Below, in pieces: positions 29,930-40,012 of a stretch of 64,000 nucleotides of DNA. The notes beneath the pieces are model-generated. The model worked only from the letters and a program-made list of their open reading frames with translations. It was not told the DNA's origin and did not search any database. Numbering within the stretch: position 1 is the stretch's first letter; each line of letters starts with the position of its first letter. Position numbers and translations under genes: made by a program. The DNA comes from Candidatus Kaiserbacteria bacterium (GTDB lineage: Bacteria > Patescibacteriota > Minisyncoccia > Phycocordibacterales > UBA2100), in NCBI GenBank assembly GCA_016214605.1, contig JACROD010000020.1:30158-94157 (forward strand). Direction: 5' to 3'.

Positions 29930-30151
29930 CGTGAGATACGAAAACAAAAAGTTCTAGATGCTTTCTCAATTGTTGAATGTAAGAGTAAAAGTAATGTAGG
30001 TGTTCTCTTTTATTCGAGCTGTCGTGAAGTTTGGTATCTCACGGGGACTGGCTGTGCTTGCCCCGTGACAGCCATGCTGTTTTACGGGGTTGATCGAATG
30101 TCGGAATGTGGGGCGGAATCGTGCAACGACTCCGCCACAAGGGTAGCGATG

Positions 30152-30376
30152 CTACCGGAACATCATGTCGAGCGGCACCGGGTCGCCGTATCCATAAGGC
30201 AGCGACGAATAGCCGTCTTCTTCGCTTGACCGCGCCAGCCGCCGCCCATCCTGGAGAACGAGTTCGCCGCCAAGATTGCGCTCTTCAGCGTCGCGTTGAC
30301 GCCATAGGTGACGCAAACTCAACGTCGGGTCGTCGCCCTCGTCGACGAATGGGGCAGTGCGATGTGCGTTAGGCAT
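30152..30376 (-). CDS. Possible small hypothetical protein between smpB and tmRNA
   Basis: GGAGGA SD before ATG (MPNAHR...); no recognisable motif. Confidence 0.35.
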   Translation of the reverse strand: MPNAHRTAPFVDEGDDPTLSLRHLWRQRDAEERNLGGELVLQDGRRLARSSEEDGYSSLPYGYGDPVPLDMMFR

Positions 30377-30448
30377 AGTATCCTCCATAAACGTGGACTC
30401 TCTTTTTGGTCCACATTTCGACATTCGATCTATGTGCCCCGTGAGTAA

Positions 30449-30910
30449 TTAAAAATTACTTTTACGGGGTTTATTTTTCAAGGTACGTCTCAGCTCTCGC
30501 TCGGTATCGCGCTTTTTTATGGTCTCGCGTTTGTCTTGCTTTTGCTTGCCGCGCGCGATGGCTATTTCGAGCTTCAACCTCCTTTTTCTATTATACACCG
30601 CTATAGGGATGACTGTCAAGCCCTGCTCTCCCTCTGCTGCCGCCACCCGGGCTATTTCCTTCTGATTGAGCAATAGACGGCGCGTTCGCTCGGGATCGTA
30701 GCTCTTTGGTGCGTTGGCTGCCTGCCAAGCGGGGATCGTGGCGCCCACCAGATAGGCCTCTCCAGCGCGCGCCACGACCCTGGCGCCCTTGAGCGAGCCG
30801 AGGCCTGCCCGCAGAGATCGGACCTCATATCCGTGCAATTCTAGACCCGCCTCGATCGTCTCGAGGATATGGTAGTCAAAGGTCGCCCGTTTGTTGTCGA
30901 TGAGGGACAT
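30449..30910 (-). CDS. smpB: SsrA-binding protein
   Basis: NKRATFDYHILETIEAGLEL.GYEVRSLR, RTRRLLL, GKQKQDKRETIK; start could be 30928. Confidence 0.96.
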   Translation of the reverse strand: MSLIDNKRATFDYHILETIEAGLELHGYEVRSLRAGLGSLKGARVVARAGEAYLVGATIPAWQAANAPKSYDPERTRRLLLNQKEIARVAAAEGEQGLTVIPIAVYNRKRRLKLEIAIARGKQKQDKRETIKKRDTERELRRTLKNKPRKSNF

Positions 30911-30963
30911 TACTGTATCATGCTTCATAGAAGCCGAATTGGCTATAGTAGTGGGAGGCTCCG

Positions 30964-31303
30964 ATGGGTATCACATTCGAGATCTCGTTGCACAATGTCC
31001 CCCAAAAGATCCTTCAAAACGCTTGTTTTGAAAGGGACTTTATTAAACGTATGCAAAAATTGCTAACCGATTATCAACTGGACAATGATCTGGAGGATAC
31101 CAATATAGAGGCGTATGTCACAGACAAAGACTCGGAAGACAAAGAAGTCTTCATTATTTGCGCAAAGATCGCTGAGGACACAAATTATCGATGATCTTGA
31201 ACTTGATCTAATGAAGGACATTGCCGAGCTACTTGCGGATCTGGTAGAAAAATATCGCGAAAACGCCGGTAGAAAGGGCAAAAAATCGCAGAAGCACAAG
31301 TGA
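30964..31303 (+). CDS. Hypothetical protein, possibly one gene split by a frameshift near 31180
   Basis: Two overlapping AT-rich ORFs (30964-31194 and 31115-31303) in adjacent frames. Confidence 0.35.
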
Positions 31304-31367
31304 CAGATGGCCGTTGATCCAACGGCCATCTTCTTTTAAAAGACACGTAAATGTGTATAATTCTCCG

Positions 31368-33299
31368 ATGACAGCCTCGGAAAATCATGACAAAAAGAAG
31401 CCAATAAAGCCTTCCGGAGGACCTTCTTTGGGGCAGAATATATGGTTTCAGCTCGTCGTCGCCTTCGGCGTATTTCTCCTCCTTTCCGGCGGGTATTCGC
31501 TCGTCCGCGAGTACGTATTGACCCAAAAGGAAGAAGTGCCGATCTCACAGATCGCTGAAGACATCAATGCGAGCAAGATCTCCAAGATTGTCGTGGCAGG
31601 TGACGCAGTGACCGCGACTTACACCGACAAGACCGAAAAGACTTCTCATAAAGAGACCGAAAATTCTCTCACACAGACACTCTCGAATTACAACATCGTT
31701 CCCGAGAAGCTCGCGTCGACCACGATCGAGATCCAGGATCAGAGCGGTCCGCGTTATTGGTTCCTTACGCTCGCCCCGCTCCTCATCCCCGTCATTCTCC
31801 TTTTTGCGATGATCTGGTATCTCTCGCGTCAGCTGCGCGGCGGCGGCATGCAGGCGCTTTCGTTTGGCCGCTCGATGGCGCGCTTGGTGCGACCTGAGGA
31901 TCAAAAGGTCACCTTCGCCGATGTGGCAGGCGCCAAAGAAGCCAAAGTCGAGCTCTTGGAGATCGTCGACTTCCTCAAGAATCCCGGCAAGTTTATCCAG
32001 ATCGGCGCGAGCATCCCCAAGGGCGTGCTTCTCATGGGTGCACCGGGCACCGGCAAGACCCTGCTCGCGCGCGCAGTCGCGGGCGAGGCGGGCGTGCCAT
32101 TCTTCTCAATTTCGGGATCGGAATTCGTCGAGATGTTTGTCGGCGTGGGCGCATCGCGCGTGCGCGACCTCTTTGATACCGCCAAGAAAGCTTCACCCGC
32201 AATCGTATTCATCGACGAGATCGACGCCGTGGGCCGCGCACGCGGTGCGGGCACCGGCGGAGGCAACGACGAGCGTGAGCAGACCCTCAATCAGATATTG
32301 GTCGAGATGGACGGCTTCGAGCCCAATGAAAAGGTCATCGTCATGGCCGCGACCAATCGCCCCGATGTGCTCGACCCCGCCTTGCTTCGCCCCGGCCGCT
32401 TTGATCGCCGCGTGACCATTGATGTGCCGGATCGCAAAGACCGCGAAGAGATATTGAAGACTCATGCGCGCAAGAAGCCGCTCGGTCCGGATGTAAATCT
32501 CACCGTGATCGCCGAGCGCACGCCGGGATTCTCCGGTGCCGACCTCGCCAATCTCATGAACGAAGCCGCGATCCTCGCCGCGCGCGAAGACCGCCGCGAG
32601 ATCACGCAGTATGATCTGATCCGCAGTATCGAAAAGGTCATGCTCGGACCCGAGCGCCGCTCTCATGTGCTCAATGCGCGCGAGAAAGAGATCACCGCGT
32701 ATCACGAAGCGGGCCATGCGCTCGTCGCGTCGATCCTTCCGCATGCCGATCCGGTGCACAAGATCTCGATTATCAGCCGCGGGCGCGCCGCCGGCTACAC
32801 GCTCAAGCTTCCTTTTGAAGAATCGCGGATGCATTCACGCAAACATTTCCTCGATGATATCGCGGTATCGCTCGGCGGCTATATCGCCGAAAAGATGGTG
32901 TACGACGACGTGACGACCGGCGCCTCCAACGACCTCCAGGTGCTCTCGTCGCTCGCGCGCGACATGGTCACGCGCTACGGTATGTCCGACAAGATGGGGC
33001 CTGTCGCGTATGATGCTGCGGTAGGCCGCACACTCTTTGGTGGCGGGCTCGAAGGGGGCGAGCAGTCGCAAGAGGTGGCTGCGCAGATCGACGCCGAGGT
33101 CAAGTCGATCATCACCCATGCGCACAAGCGCGCACAAGATGTGATGACAGAGCACCGCAAGGCGCTCGACGCGATCGCCAAGGCGCTGGTAGAGGTAGAG
33201 ACGCTCGAACGCGATGATTTTGAAAAGATTCTTATCGCCAACGGTATTACGCCCAAGAAGAAGGACGACGACATTGTAGGGAAGACGATCACGGGTTAA
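31368..33299 (+). CDS. ftsH: ATP-dependent Zn metalloprotease FtsH
   Basis: Two TMs, [28 protein letters not shown]. Confidence 0.97.
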   Translation: MTASENHDKKKPIKPSGGPSLGQNIWFQLVVAFGVFLLLSGGYSLVREYVLTQKEEVPISQIAEDINASKISKIVVAGDAVTATYTDKTEKTSHKETENSLTQTLSNYNIVPEKLASTTIEIQDQSGPRYWFLTLAPLLIPVILLFAMIWYLSRQLRGGGMQALSFGRSMARLVRPEDQKVTFADVAGAKEAKVELLEIVDFLKNPGKFIQIGASIPKGVLLMGAPGTGKTLLARAVAGEAGVPFFSISGSEFVEMFVGVGASRVRDLFDTAKKASPAIVFIDEIDAVGRARGAGTGGGNDEREQTLNQILVEMDGFEPNEKVIVMAATNRPDVLDPALLRPGRFDRRVTIDVPDRKDREEILKTHARKKPLGPDVNLTVIAERTPGFSGADLANLMNEAAILAAREDRREITQYDLIRSIEKVMLGPERRSHVLNAREKEITAYHEAGHALVASILPHADPVHKISIISRGRAAGYTLKLPFEESRMHSRKHFLDDIAVSLGGYIAEKMVYDDVTTGASNDLQVLSSLARDMVTRYGMSDKMGPVAYDAAVGRTLFGGGLEGGEQSQEVAAQIDAEVKSIITHAHKRAQDVMTEHRKALDAIAKALVEVETLERDDFEKILIANGITPKKKDDDIVGKTITG

Positions 33300-33354
33300 A
33301 TAAAAAAAAGAGAAAAGAGAAACTGCAGCGCACACAGTGCGCCGCAGCATTTTC

Positions 33355-33645
33355 TCACTCCAAATAAGGGAGAATGTGTATTTTCTTGCAAGAACTGCAG
33401 CGGTACGCGAGCCCGTCTGACATGCCGCGATCCACCTCTTTTTGAAGTGCATCCTCGGCCTCGATATCGCCCTCGCGTGTTTCATGAAGATCTGCACCGC
33501 AAGAGGTGCATGCGGGTGTTTTCCGCAATTCGTTTTTCTTGGTGCCGTATCTCGCGCATTCATACATGATGCGCCACTCGCGCCATGTGTTGCGGGTTTG
33601 GCGAACGATGCGCCAGTCATGTGAGCATCCAGCCTCTGGTGCCAT
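33355..33645 (-). CDS. Small Cys-rich (Zn-ribbon-like) hypothetical protein
   Basis: CSHDW, CARYG, CTSCG and CSSC motifs; GAGGAG SD. Confidence 0.55.
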   Translation of the reverse strand: MAPEAGCSHDWRIVRQTRNTWREWRIMYECARYGTKKNELRKTPACTSCGADLHETREGDIEAEDALQKEVDRGMSDGLAYRCSSCKKIHILPYLE

Positions 33646-33761
33646 TTTGATATCTCCTCGATTATCCCTCAATACAAGAATAGATCAGTCCTAAAAAGAC
33701 AGTATTCCACAAGACGTACGAATTTGCAATGATATTTGAAATGTTGTCTTATTATTAACCA

Positions 33762-34631
33762 TCAGCTGGTCATAATGAGTGTTTCGGCAGGCGGCATGCT
33801 TGGGAGAGGCTGGAGCGCGCGCATGAGCCGTGTCATGCCGATACCGCCGCCGAAGCGGGGAAAGAATCCGAGCGACAAGAATTCTTCAAGCTCCTTTTCA
33901 ACACGTTGTTTACCGAACTTATCGTACAATAGTTGTGCGTATTTGCCGTCGGAGATCGTATGGAATCGCTCACGCATCTCTTGTGCGTTGGATGATCGTT
34001 CTGCCGATCCAATCGTCTCCATACCGTCGATGATCACATCGATCTTGTGGGCGATCGCCCCATCGCGGCGCATATTCCAAAAGGGCGATGTGTGCTCGGG
34101 GAAGTGCTCGAGAAAGACGACCCTGCCGAATTCCTCTGCCATCTTTTTCTCGTGAGCGGCTGACAAGTCGTCAGTATCATAATGCCTCGCGAGTTCTGCG
34201 TATGAAGCGTGTTTGAATGATTTCTTGGATCCGAGCCTTAGATATTCACACAGATCTTCTTCGAGCGCGCGCAGATCGTCGAGGGTGCCGTGCGACTCGA
34301 ATTCAAACATGGGGAACATACGCTCATGCCGGCCGGGGATTGGATGGGGTTCGTTGCGGTAGCTCGTCGAGAGACAAAACACGCCAGGGAGATGGGGGTT
34401 GGTGAGCAATTCGTATTCGAGCCACATTTGGCCCGTTTGCGGCAGAGGCCACACCTCCCCGCCGTATTCGAACGTCGCCACGGTCGTCGGATCCTCACAG
34501 GCGGCGAGAATCGAAAGTCGATCCTGTGTATGTGCTTCGACGAATCCTTTTGATAAGAAAAAACCGCGGAGTTTCTGCGCGGTCTCTGAGAAAGCGACGA
34601 TATCTGCAGTTGGTTTGTGATTGTGTATCAT
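33762..34631 (-). CDS. Truncated class II aaRS paralog, AsnRS-like asparagine synthetase A type
   Basis: LPQTGQMWLE, SYRNE...GRH..MF.MFEFE, ETIGSAER, RFGGGIGMTRL; no anticodon-binding domain. Confidence 0.8.
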   Translation of the reverse strand: MIHNHKPTADIVAFSETAQKLRGFFLSKGFVEAHTQDRLSILAACEDPTTVATFEYGGEVWPLPQTGQMWLEYELLTNPHLPGVFCLSTSYRNEPHPIPGRHERMFPMFEFESHGTLDDLRALEEDLCEYLRLGSKKSFKHASYAELARHYDTDDLSAAHEKKMAEEFGRVVFLEHFPEHTSPFWNMRRDGAIAHKIDVIIDGMETIGSAERSSNAQEMRERFHTISDGKYAQLLYDKFGKQRVEKELEEFLSLGFFPRFGGGIGMTRLMRALQPLPSMPPAETLIMTS

Positions 34632-34858
34632 AGATCTTTTTTAGTGATTAAGAGCCCAATAATAAAAAATCCTCCGGATGGAGGATAAAATGAAACGGCG
34701 TTTGCCAATCTGCCGTCTGTTTTGTTGATAAAAATTGCCATAGGCAAATTACAGGCAGGTTAAACCTTTGCGGGCGGAACGCAAGGAGAGTTATCCCCAG
34801 GGCAAAAAATCCTTTATTTCTGGGGAGAAGTTGCTATAGTGCCTGAAGTCAAAAGAAC

Positions 34859-35788
34859 ATGAAGGGTGTCGACATGGATATCAGAACGGGAATCTTATGC
34901 GATACGGTCGAGCCTTTGGTTATCAGCAGCCTCGACGAACTACAGCGGTACAATGTGCGCGATCTGCGTCCAAAAGTACGCACACGACCACCTTTTATCT
35001 CGATGTGTACACCCGAAGGGTTTCAGGTCAAAGAAGTGCACAATCGCTTCATGGAAGGCAATGTTGAGAAAGTTGATACGGAAAAAGCATTTCGTGAGTG
35101 GTCGGCATTGTATCGGCTTGCCTCGCGCTATGGCCGCGTCGTAATGATGCAGGGCGATTCGACATGTCCCGACATGGTCTTTAAGGCCAATGCCGGATAC
35201 GTCGATCCATACAGCGACCTTGCCATCATGAGCAATATGGTCCATGAGAGTAGGCGCAAAGAGACGCCTTTGTTCAAGAAGTGGCTTGAGGAGCGCTATC
35301 GTGTCGAGTATTTACCTGACACTGTCAGGTGGGAAGGCGGGGGTGATACGATTGAAGACACGAATCGACCGATCACCTGGTGCGGTTATGGTCAGCGCTC
35401 TGAATGGGCGGCTCTGCCTCATGTGAGCAGGTTGCTGCGTCAGCCGGTGATTGCGCTGAAACTCGTATCAAAGCTCTATCATCTTGATACCTGTTTCATC
35501 GTGCTTCCCGGAGGGTTCGTGCTCTATTGTCCTGCTGCGTTCGATGCGGAAGGGCAAGCGATGATTGAATGGATGTTTGATTCGGATCATCGGATCGCGG
35601 TGACGCTCGAAGAAGCCCTGACATTTGTCTGCAACGCACTTGCCTTCGGACGCTACATCTTATTCCCTGCGGGAGCCGAATTCATCGCGTCTCGTGTGGA
35701 GCGATGCGGGTTTGTGCCGCGCTTCACGCCGATGAAAGAGATGTACAAATCGGGCGGATCAAACGCTTGTTGTGGTTTGAAACACTGA
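34859..35788 (+). CDS. Amidinotransferase superfamily protein (DDAH/arginine deiminase-like)
   Basis: PDMVF.ANAG, RRKET, WEGGGD, YHLDTCF, KSGGSNACC. Confidence 0.85.
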   Translation: MKGVDMDIRTGILCDTVEPLVISSLDELQRYNVRDLRPKVRTRPPFISMCTPEGFQVKEVHNRFMEGNVEKVDTEKAFREWSALYRLASRYGRVVMMQGDSTCPDMVFKANAGYVDPYSDLAIMSNMVHESRRKETPLFKKWLEERYRVEYLPDTVRWEGGGDTIEDTNRPITWCGYGQRSEWAALPHVSRLLRQPVIALKLVSKLYHLDTCFIVLPGGFVLYCPAAFDAEGQAMIEWMFDSDHRIAVTLEEALTFVCNALAFGRYILFPAGAEFIASRVERCGFVPRFTPMKEMYKSGGSNACCGLKH

Positions 35789-35849
35789 TCTGCTCATTAA
35801 TGAAAAATCCCCGCGGGCGTTTATACGCGCCCGCGGGTTCTTTTTTGTG

Positions 35850-36959
35850 CTATGCAACGAGCTTCCACCGGATCTTCTCGCCGAGACGGAAGGGGATGAC
35901 CTCTTTTGAAGTCCCGCCATCCGCGATGTGAGGCGAATGGCGCACCGTCCACTCTTCGCGGACGAGCTCGATCGTTTCGTCGGAATCACCGAGGCCGTAG
36001 AAGCGTGCGCCATTGATCGATGCGAATCGTTCGAACCGATCATCGAGTGCACCCATGTTTTCGAATGCTTCGACGTAGAGCTCGATACCCGCATGCGCCA
36101 TCAGTACGCCGCCTGCGCAACAATCCGCACGTTTTTTCTCGACCGGATGCGGTGCGGAATCGCTCCCGAGCCAGACGAATGGTTTGTCGGCTTTGGCGAG
36201 TACACGCAATGCTTCTCGGTGTTCGGTCGGCTGAATGATCGGCCACCAAAACCGCTGCGGATGGAATCCGCCGCGTAACCAATCACGCCGATCGAGCAAG
36301 AGGTGTTGTGCGGTGAGACTGCATCCCAACAAGGGACCACCGTGCTTCAGTAGATACTCGACGCCCCACTTGGTCGACAGATGCTCGACCGATATCTTGA
36401 GCTTGGGATGTGCGTCGCGTATCCGTGGCAAAGTGTGTTCGATAAAGTGTTTCTCTTGATCAAACGGATCAAGTTCGACGCCGTTCTCATCAAAGCCGTC
36501 TGCGGCATGGAGGAGCAAGACGCCGCCGTGTTCTGCGAGCGCTTGCAGACATTCATACGGCCGTGTGCCTGATGTCCAGAGCGATGACGGATTTTTGACT
36601 CCGCTGTCACTGTTGGTCGTGAGGCCGCGGGGATAGTATTTGATCCCCTTCACTGTGCCGACTCCGACCAATGCCTCTACATGACTTGGCTCCAGGGTAT
36701 CGGTAAGATAGAGTGTCATGAGCGGGAGGAAATCCGGTCCCGTTGCCTGCCATATTTCCTTGAGATAACCGCACACCTGAGATTCTGTAGTGATCGGTGG
36801 CACGGTATTGGGCATGACGATCGCCGCGCGAAAACGCTTGGCGACCATCGGGCCGACCATTTTGAGCATCGAATCGCGTCGCAGATGCTCGTGTCCGTCG
36901 AGTGGCTTGCGTATGGCGATCTTCACCGGCAAGCCTTCTGTATCGTGACTTATCTCCAT
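35850..36959 (-). CDS. pyrC: Dihydroorotase (homodimeric type)
   Basis: DGHEHLR, VMPNTVPP, PLMTLYLT, KYYPRGLTTNS, LGSDSAPH, FASINGARFYGL. Confidence 0.92.
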   Translation of the reverse strand: MEISHDTEGLPVKIAIRKPLDGHEHLRRDSMLKMVGPMVAKRFRAAIVMPNTVPPITTESQVCGYLKEIWQATGPDFLPLMTLYLTDTLEPSHVEALVGVGTVKGIKYYPRGLTTNSDSGVKNPSSLWTSGTRPYECLQALAEHGGVLLLHAADGFDENGVELDPFDQEKHFIEHTLPRIRDAHPKLKISVEHLSTKWGVEYLLKHGGPLLGCSLTAQHLLLDRRDWLRGGFHPQRFWWPIIQPTEHREALRVLAKADKPFVWLGSDSAPHPVEKKRADCCAGGVLMAHAGIELYVEAFENMGALDDRFERFASINGARFYGLGDSDETIELVREEWTVRHSPHIADGGTSKEVIPFRLGEKIRWKLVA

Positions 36960-37078
36960 TTCTCACTTCCTTTTTGTTGCTTATTATGGACTGGAAGGCA
37001 CTTTAGCAGGAGAGGGGCATAAAAGAAAGCCGGCGGTGCTGCTGCACCGCCAGCCATGAGATACTCTGTTTCCAAAGA

Positions 37079-38035
37079 TCATAAGACTCCCAAAAGGTCT
37101 CCGAGTAGGTGGGTTATGAATCGCGGGTCTTCATTCGCCTCGCGATATCCACTGTTGATCTGTACAAGGACCGATCCGGCGCGGAAATATTTTGCCGCAC
37201 TGTTCACGTCGACCACGCCGCCCACACCGATATCAAACTTGCCTTCAGGCAGTGTCCGTGCCGCAAGCTCGGCTTGGCCCAACGAGCTGGGGAGGACTGC
37301 CGGTCCGCCCATGCCGCCTCGGGTGATGCCGAATTTGTCGGTGCGGATCGTTGGTCGGCCGCTCTCGTCATAGTTGAACGTATTGGCCAGTGTGTTTGAC
37401 GTCACGATGCCGTCGAAGACGCGGGATGTCGCGACCTTCGTTATGTTGTGCATCAGGATCGGATGCGGCATGCCCGCCGATACTTTCCATGTGATGATCG
37501 TGTTAGTGGTTCCAATCTCCTTCTCGGCTCGCTCGAATAGCATATCGATCGATTCCGGATCGAAACACATGATCGGCATCGGTCGGTCTTTGCCGTCGAA
37601 TTTGTTCGGACATGCGCCGTTGACCGTGATGAGGGGAAAGCCGACCGCGAGCGCGCGTTTGATGAGTACGATCGTGTCGTCCACGCTCGTGCCCGAGACA
37701 TTGATGCCGATGGGTTTGCCGTGATCGGCATAGATCCTCACAAGTTCTCGCCCGTGCTTCTCTATGTGTGCGATACCTGGATTGGGTAGGCCGAGCGAGT
37801 TTTGCGTGTACAACAAAACGGGGCGTCCGCCGACATTGATGTATTCGGCATGATAATCGAGCCCGCCGTTTCCGCTCGATTCCATGGTCGTAAAAGACCC
37901 TATTTCCGGTATGACATCGGTCGCGGCTAGAGCCTTGGCTTGTTCAAATGTCTTCACGACCCCGGCGGCTAGCATAATCGGATAGGGGAATACGACCCCC
38001 TTGATCTCTCGCTGCAGCCTTGCAAGTTCTTCCAT
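37079..38035 (-). CDS. pyrD: Dihydroorotate dehydrogenase-like (class 1)
   Basis: MLAAG, NSLGLPNPG, NGACPN, SNT, GGMGGPAVLP, IGVGGV; directly upstream of pyrC. Confidence 0.8.
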   Translation of the reverse strand: MEELARLQREIKGVVFPYPIMLAAGVVKTFEQAKALAATDVIPEIGSFTTMESSGNGGLDYHAEYINVGGRPVLLYTQNSLGLPNPGIAHIEKHGRELVRIYADHGKPIGINVSGTSVDDTIVLIKRALAVGFPLITVNGACPNKFDGKDRPMPIMCFDPESIDMLFERAEKEIGTTNTIITWKVSAGMPHPILMHNITKVATSRVFDGIVTSNTLANTFNYDESGRPTIRTDKFGITRGGMGGPAVLPSSLGQAELAARTLPEGKFDIGVGGVVDVNSAAKYFRAGSVLVQINSGYREANEDPRFITHLLGDLLGVL

Positions 38036-38127
38036 TTTCTACTCCTGTTATAGAACTGAACTGCGTGACACCATACCTTCTGGCGGTTATGTAGGCAAAT
38101 CGAGTGTAGTGGTATACTCCAAAGACC

Positions 38128-39270
38128 ATGAAAAAGACAAATCCTGATATCTCGAAGAAAGCGCTGGCGCTTCACAAGAAGCTGGGTGGCAAGATTCGTG
38201 TCGTGCCGGCTGCTCCGGTACGCAACAAGACGGATCTTTCGCTCATCTATACACCCGGCGTGGCAGCTGTATCTTCTCATGTGGCTGCAAATCCGGAACA
38301 GGCGCGCGAATACACCATGAAAGGCCGGACGGTCGCCGTCATTTCCGATGGTTCTGCCGTGCTCGGTTTGGGCAATATCGGTCCTTTGGGCGCACTACCT
38401 GTCATGGAGGGAAAGGCAGCGCTTTTCAAGACCTTTGCCGATGTCGATGCGGTGCCGATCGTACTCGATACGCAAAATAGCGACGAGATCGTCGAGACGG
38501 TCAAGCGCATTGCCCCCGCATTTGGCGGCATCAATCTCGAAGACATCAGTGCGCCGCGGTGTTTTGATATCGAGAAGCGTCTCATCGAGGCGCTCGATAT
38601 CCCCATTATGCACGACGATCAGCATGGTACGGCGGTCGTGGTGCTCGCAGGGCTCATCAATGCGCTCAAGGTGGTCGGCAAGGATCTTGCGACCGCATGC
38701 ATCGTGATATCGGGTGCGGGTGCCGCTGGGACGGCGATCGCCAAGCTCCTCAAGCTTGCCGGCGCACTCGACATCACCGTCCTCGACAGCAAAGGGATCA
38801 TCTACATGGGGCGTATCGACATAGCGGAGCATAAGCGTGAGCTCGCCATGCTCACCAAGCACGGTGTCGGCGGTCTCAGAGTCGCGCTTACTGGCGCGGA
38901 CGTGCTTGTAGGCGTATCGGGGCCGCGGCTCGCGACTGCAGAGGATATCAGACTCATGGCGCCCCAGGCGATCGTCTTTGCGATGGCAAATCCGACACCC
39001 GAGATCATGCCCGATGAGGCCAAGAAAGGGGGAGCAGCGATCGTGGCGACCGGACGATCCGATTTTCCCAATCAGATCAATAATTCACTCGCTTTCCCGG
39101 GGATATTTCGCGGCGCACTCGATCATCGCGTATCGCGCATCACCGACGAGATGAAGCTCGCCGCGGCGCGCGCGATCGCCGGTCTCGTCAAAAAGCCCAC
39201 CGCCCAAAAGATCGTGCCAGATATGTTTGATAAAAAAGTGGCGCCCACGGTCGCCAAGGTGATACAGTAG
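38128..39270 (+). CDS. NAD(P)-dependent malic enzyme
   Basis: YTPGVA, SDGSAVLGLGNIG, VMEGKAALFK, INLEDI, HDDQHGTA, NQINN. Confidence 0.94.
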   Translation: MKKTNPDISKKALALHKKLGGKIRVVPAAPVRNKTDLSLIYTPGVAAVSSHVAANPEQAREYTMKGRTVAVISDGSAVLGLGNIGPLGALPVMEGKAALFKTFADVDAVPIVLDTQNSDEIVETVKRIAPAFGGINLEDISAPRCFDIEKRLIEALDIPIMHDDQHGTAVVVLAGLINALKVVGKDLATACIVISGAGAAGTAIAKLLKLAGALDITVLDSKGIIYMGRIDIAEHKRELAMLTKHGVGGLRVALTGADVLVGVSGPRLATAEDIRLMAPQAIVFAMANPTPEIMPDEAKKGGAAIVATGRSDFPNQINNSLAFPGIFRGALDHRVSRITDEMKLAAARAIAGLVKKPTAQKIVPDMFDKKVAPTVAKVIQ

Positions 39271-39309
39271 TCAACTTGACTTTGAAAATATGTACATTAT
39301 CATGTACAT

Positions 39310-39585
39310 ATGGATTCTCAGTACACACTTTCTATTTCGGAAGCACGAGCGAAGATTTCCGATATTGCCGAAGATGCGCAGGCGCCGCACAAGATATACA
39401 CGCTTACCGAGCACGGCAAGCCCAAGGTAGTGCTCATGTCCGCCGAAGAATTCGAGTCATGGAAAGAGACGGTCGAAGTCTTGCATGAGGTTCCTGATAT
39501 CTTTGAGCGGATCAAAGAAGCAAAAAATCCCAAAAGCCTTATTCCATTCGAAGTTATAAAAAAGAAGTGGTCTAAAAAGAAGTAG
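39310..39585 (+). CDS. Phd/YefM family antitoxin
   Basis: SISEARAK, LTEHGKPKVVLMSAEEFESWKET. Confidence 0.88.
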   Translation: MDSQYTLSISEARAKISDIAEDAQAPHKIYTLTEHGKPKVVLMSAEEFESWKETVEVLHEVPDIFERIKEAKNPKSLIPFEVIKKKWSKKK

Positions 39586-39588
39586 ACT

Positions 39589-39840
39589 ATGCATAGGGTC
39601 TATTTTACCCGTAGTGCTCGAAAAGAAGTTGATGCGCTTGAAGACAAATACCAAGACAAGGCGGCGCGTATTATCGACAGTCTTGCCCACGATCCCTCTC
39701 AAGGCAAGAAATTGCAAGGAGAGCTCGACGGCCAATACTCCGTACGAGCATGGCCCTTTCGTATCGTGTATGAGATCCGAAAGAAACAGCTGTATATTAT
39801 CGTATTGTCGGTCAAGCACCGGAAAGATGCATATCGTTGA
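39589..39840 (+). CDS. RelE/ParE family toxin
   Basis: GKKLQG, YSVR..PFRIVYEI, VKHRKDAYR; 3 nt after the antitoxin. Confidence 0.88.
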   Translation: MHRVYFTRSARKEVDALEDKYQDKAARIIDSLAHDPSQGKKLQGELDGQYSVRAWPFRIVYEIRKKQLYIIVLSVKHRKDAYR

Positions 39841-39906
39841 GTTTGAAAACATGCCATTATGGGAGTACATTACTATGGCGCTCAAGTATTTGGGAGAACA
39901 GAACAT

Positions 39907-39979
39907 CCGTCCGTAGCTCAATGGTTAGAGCACGAAGCTTATACCTTCGGGGTTCCTGGTTCGAGTCCAGGCGGACGGA
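39907..39979 (+). tRNA. tRNA-Ile with TAT (UAU) anticodon, CCA not encoded
   Basis: Acceptor ccgtccg/cggacgg, D stem gctc/gagc, anticodon stem cgaag/cttcg with loop ctTATac, T arm cctgg-ttcgagt-ccagg. Confidence 0.9.
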
Positions 39980-40012
39980 CACGATATTGGTCTTGGTTTT
40001 ATTTGGTATGCT

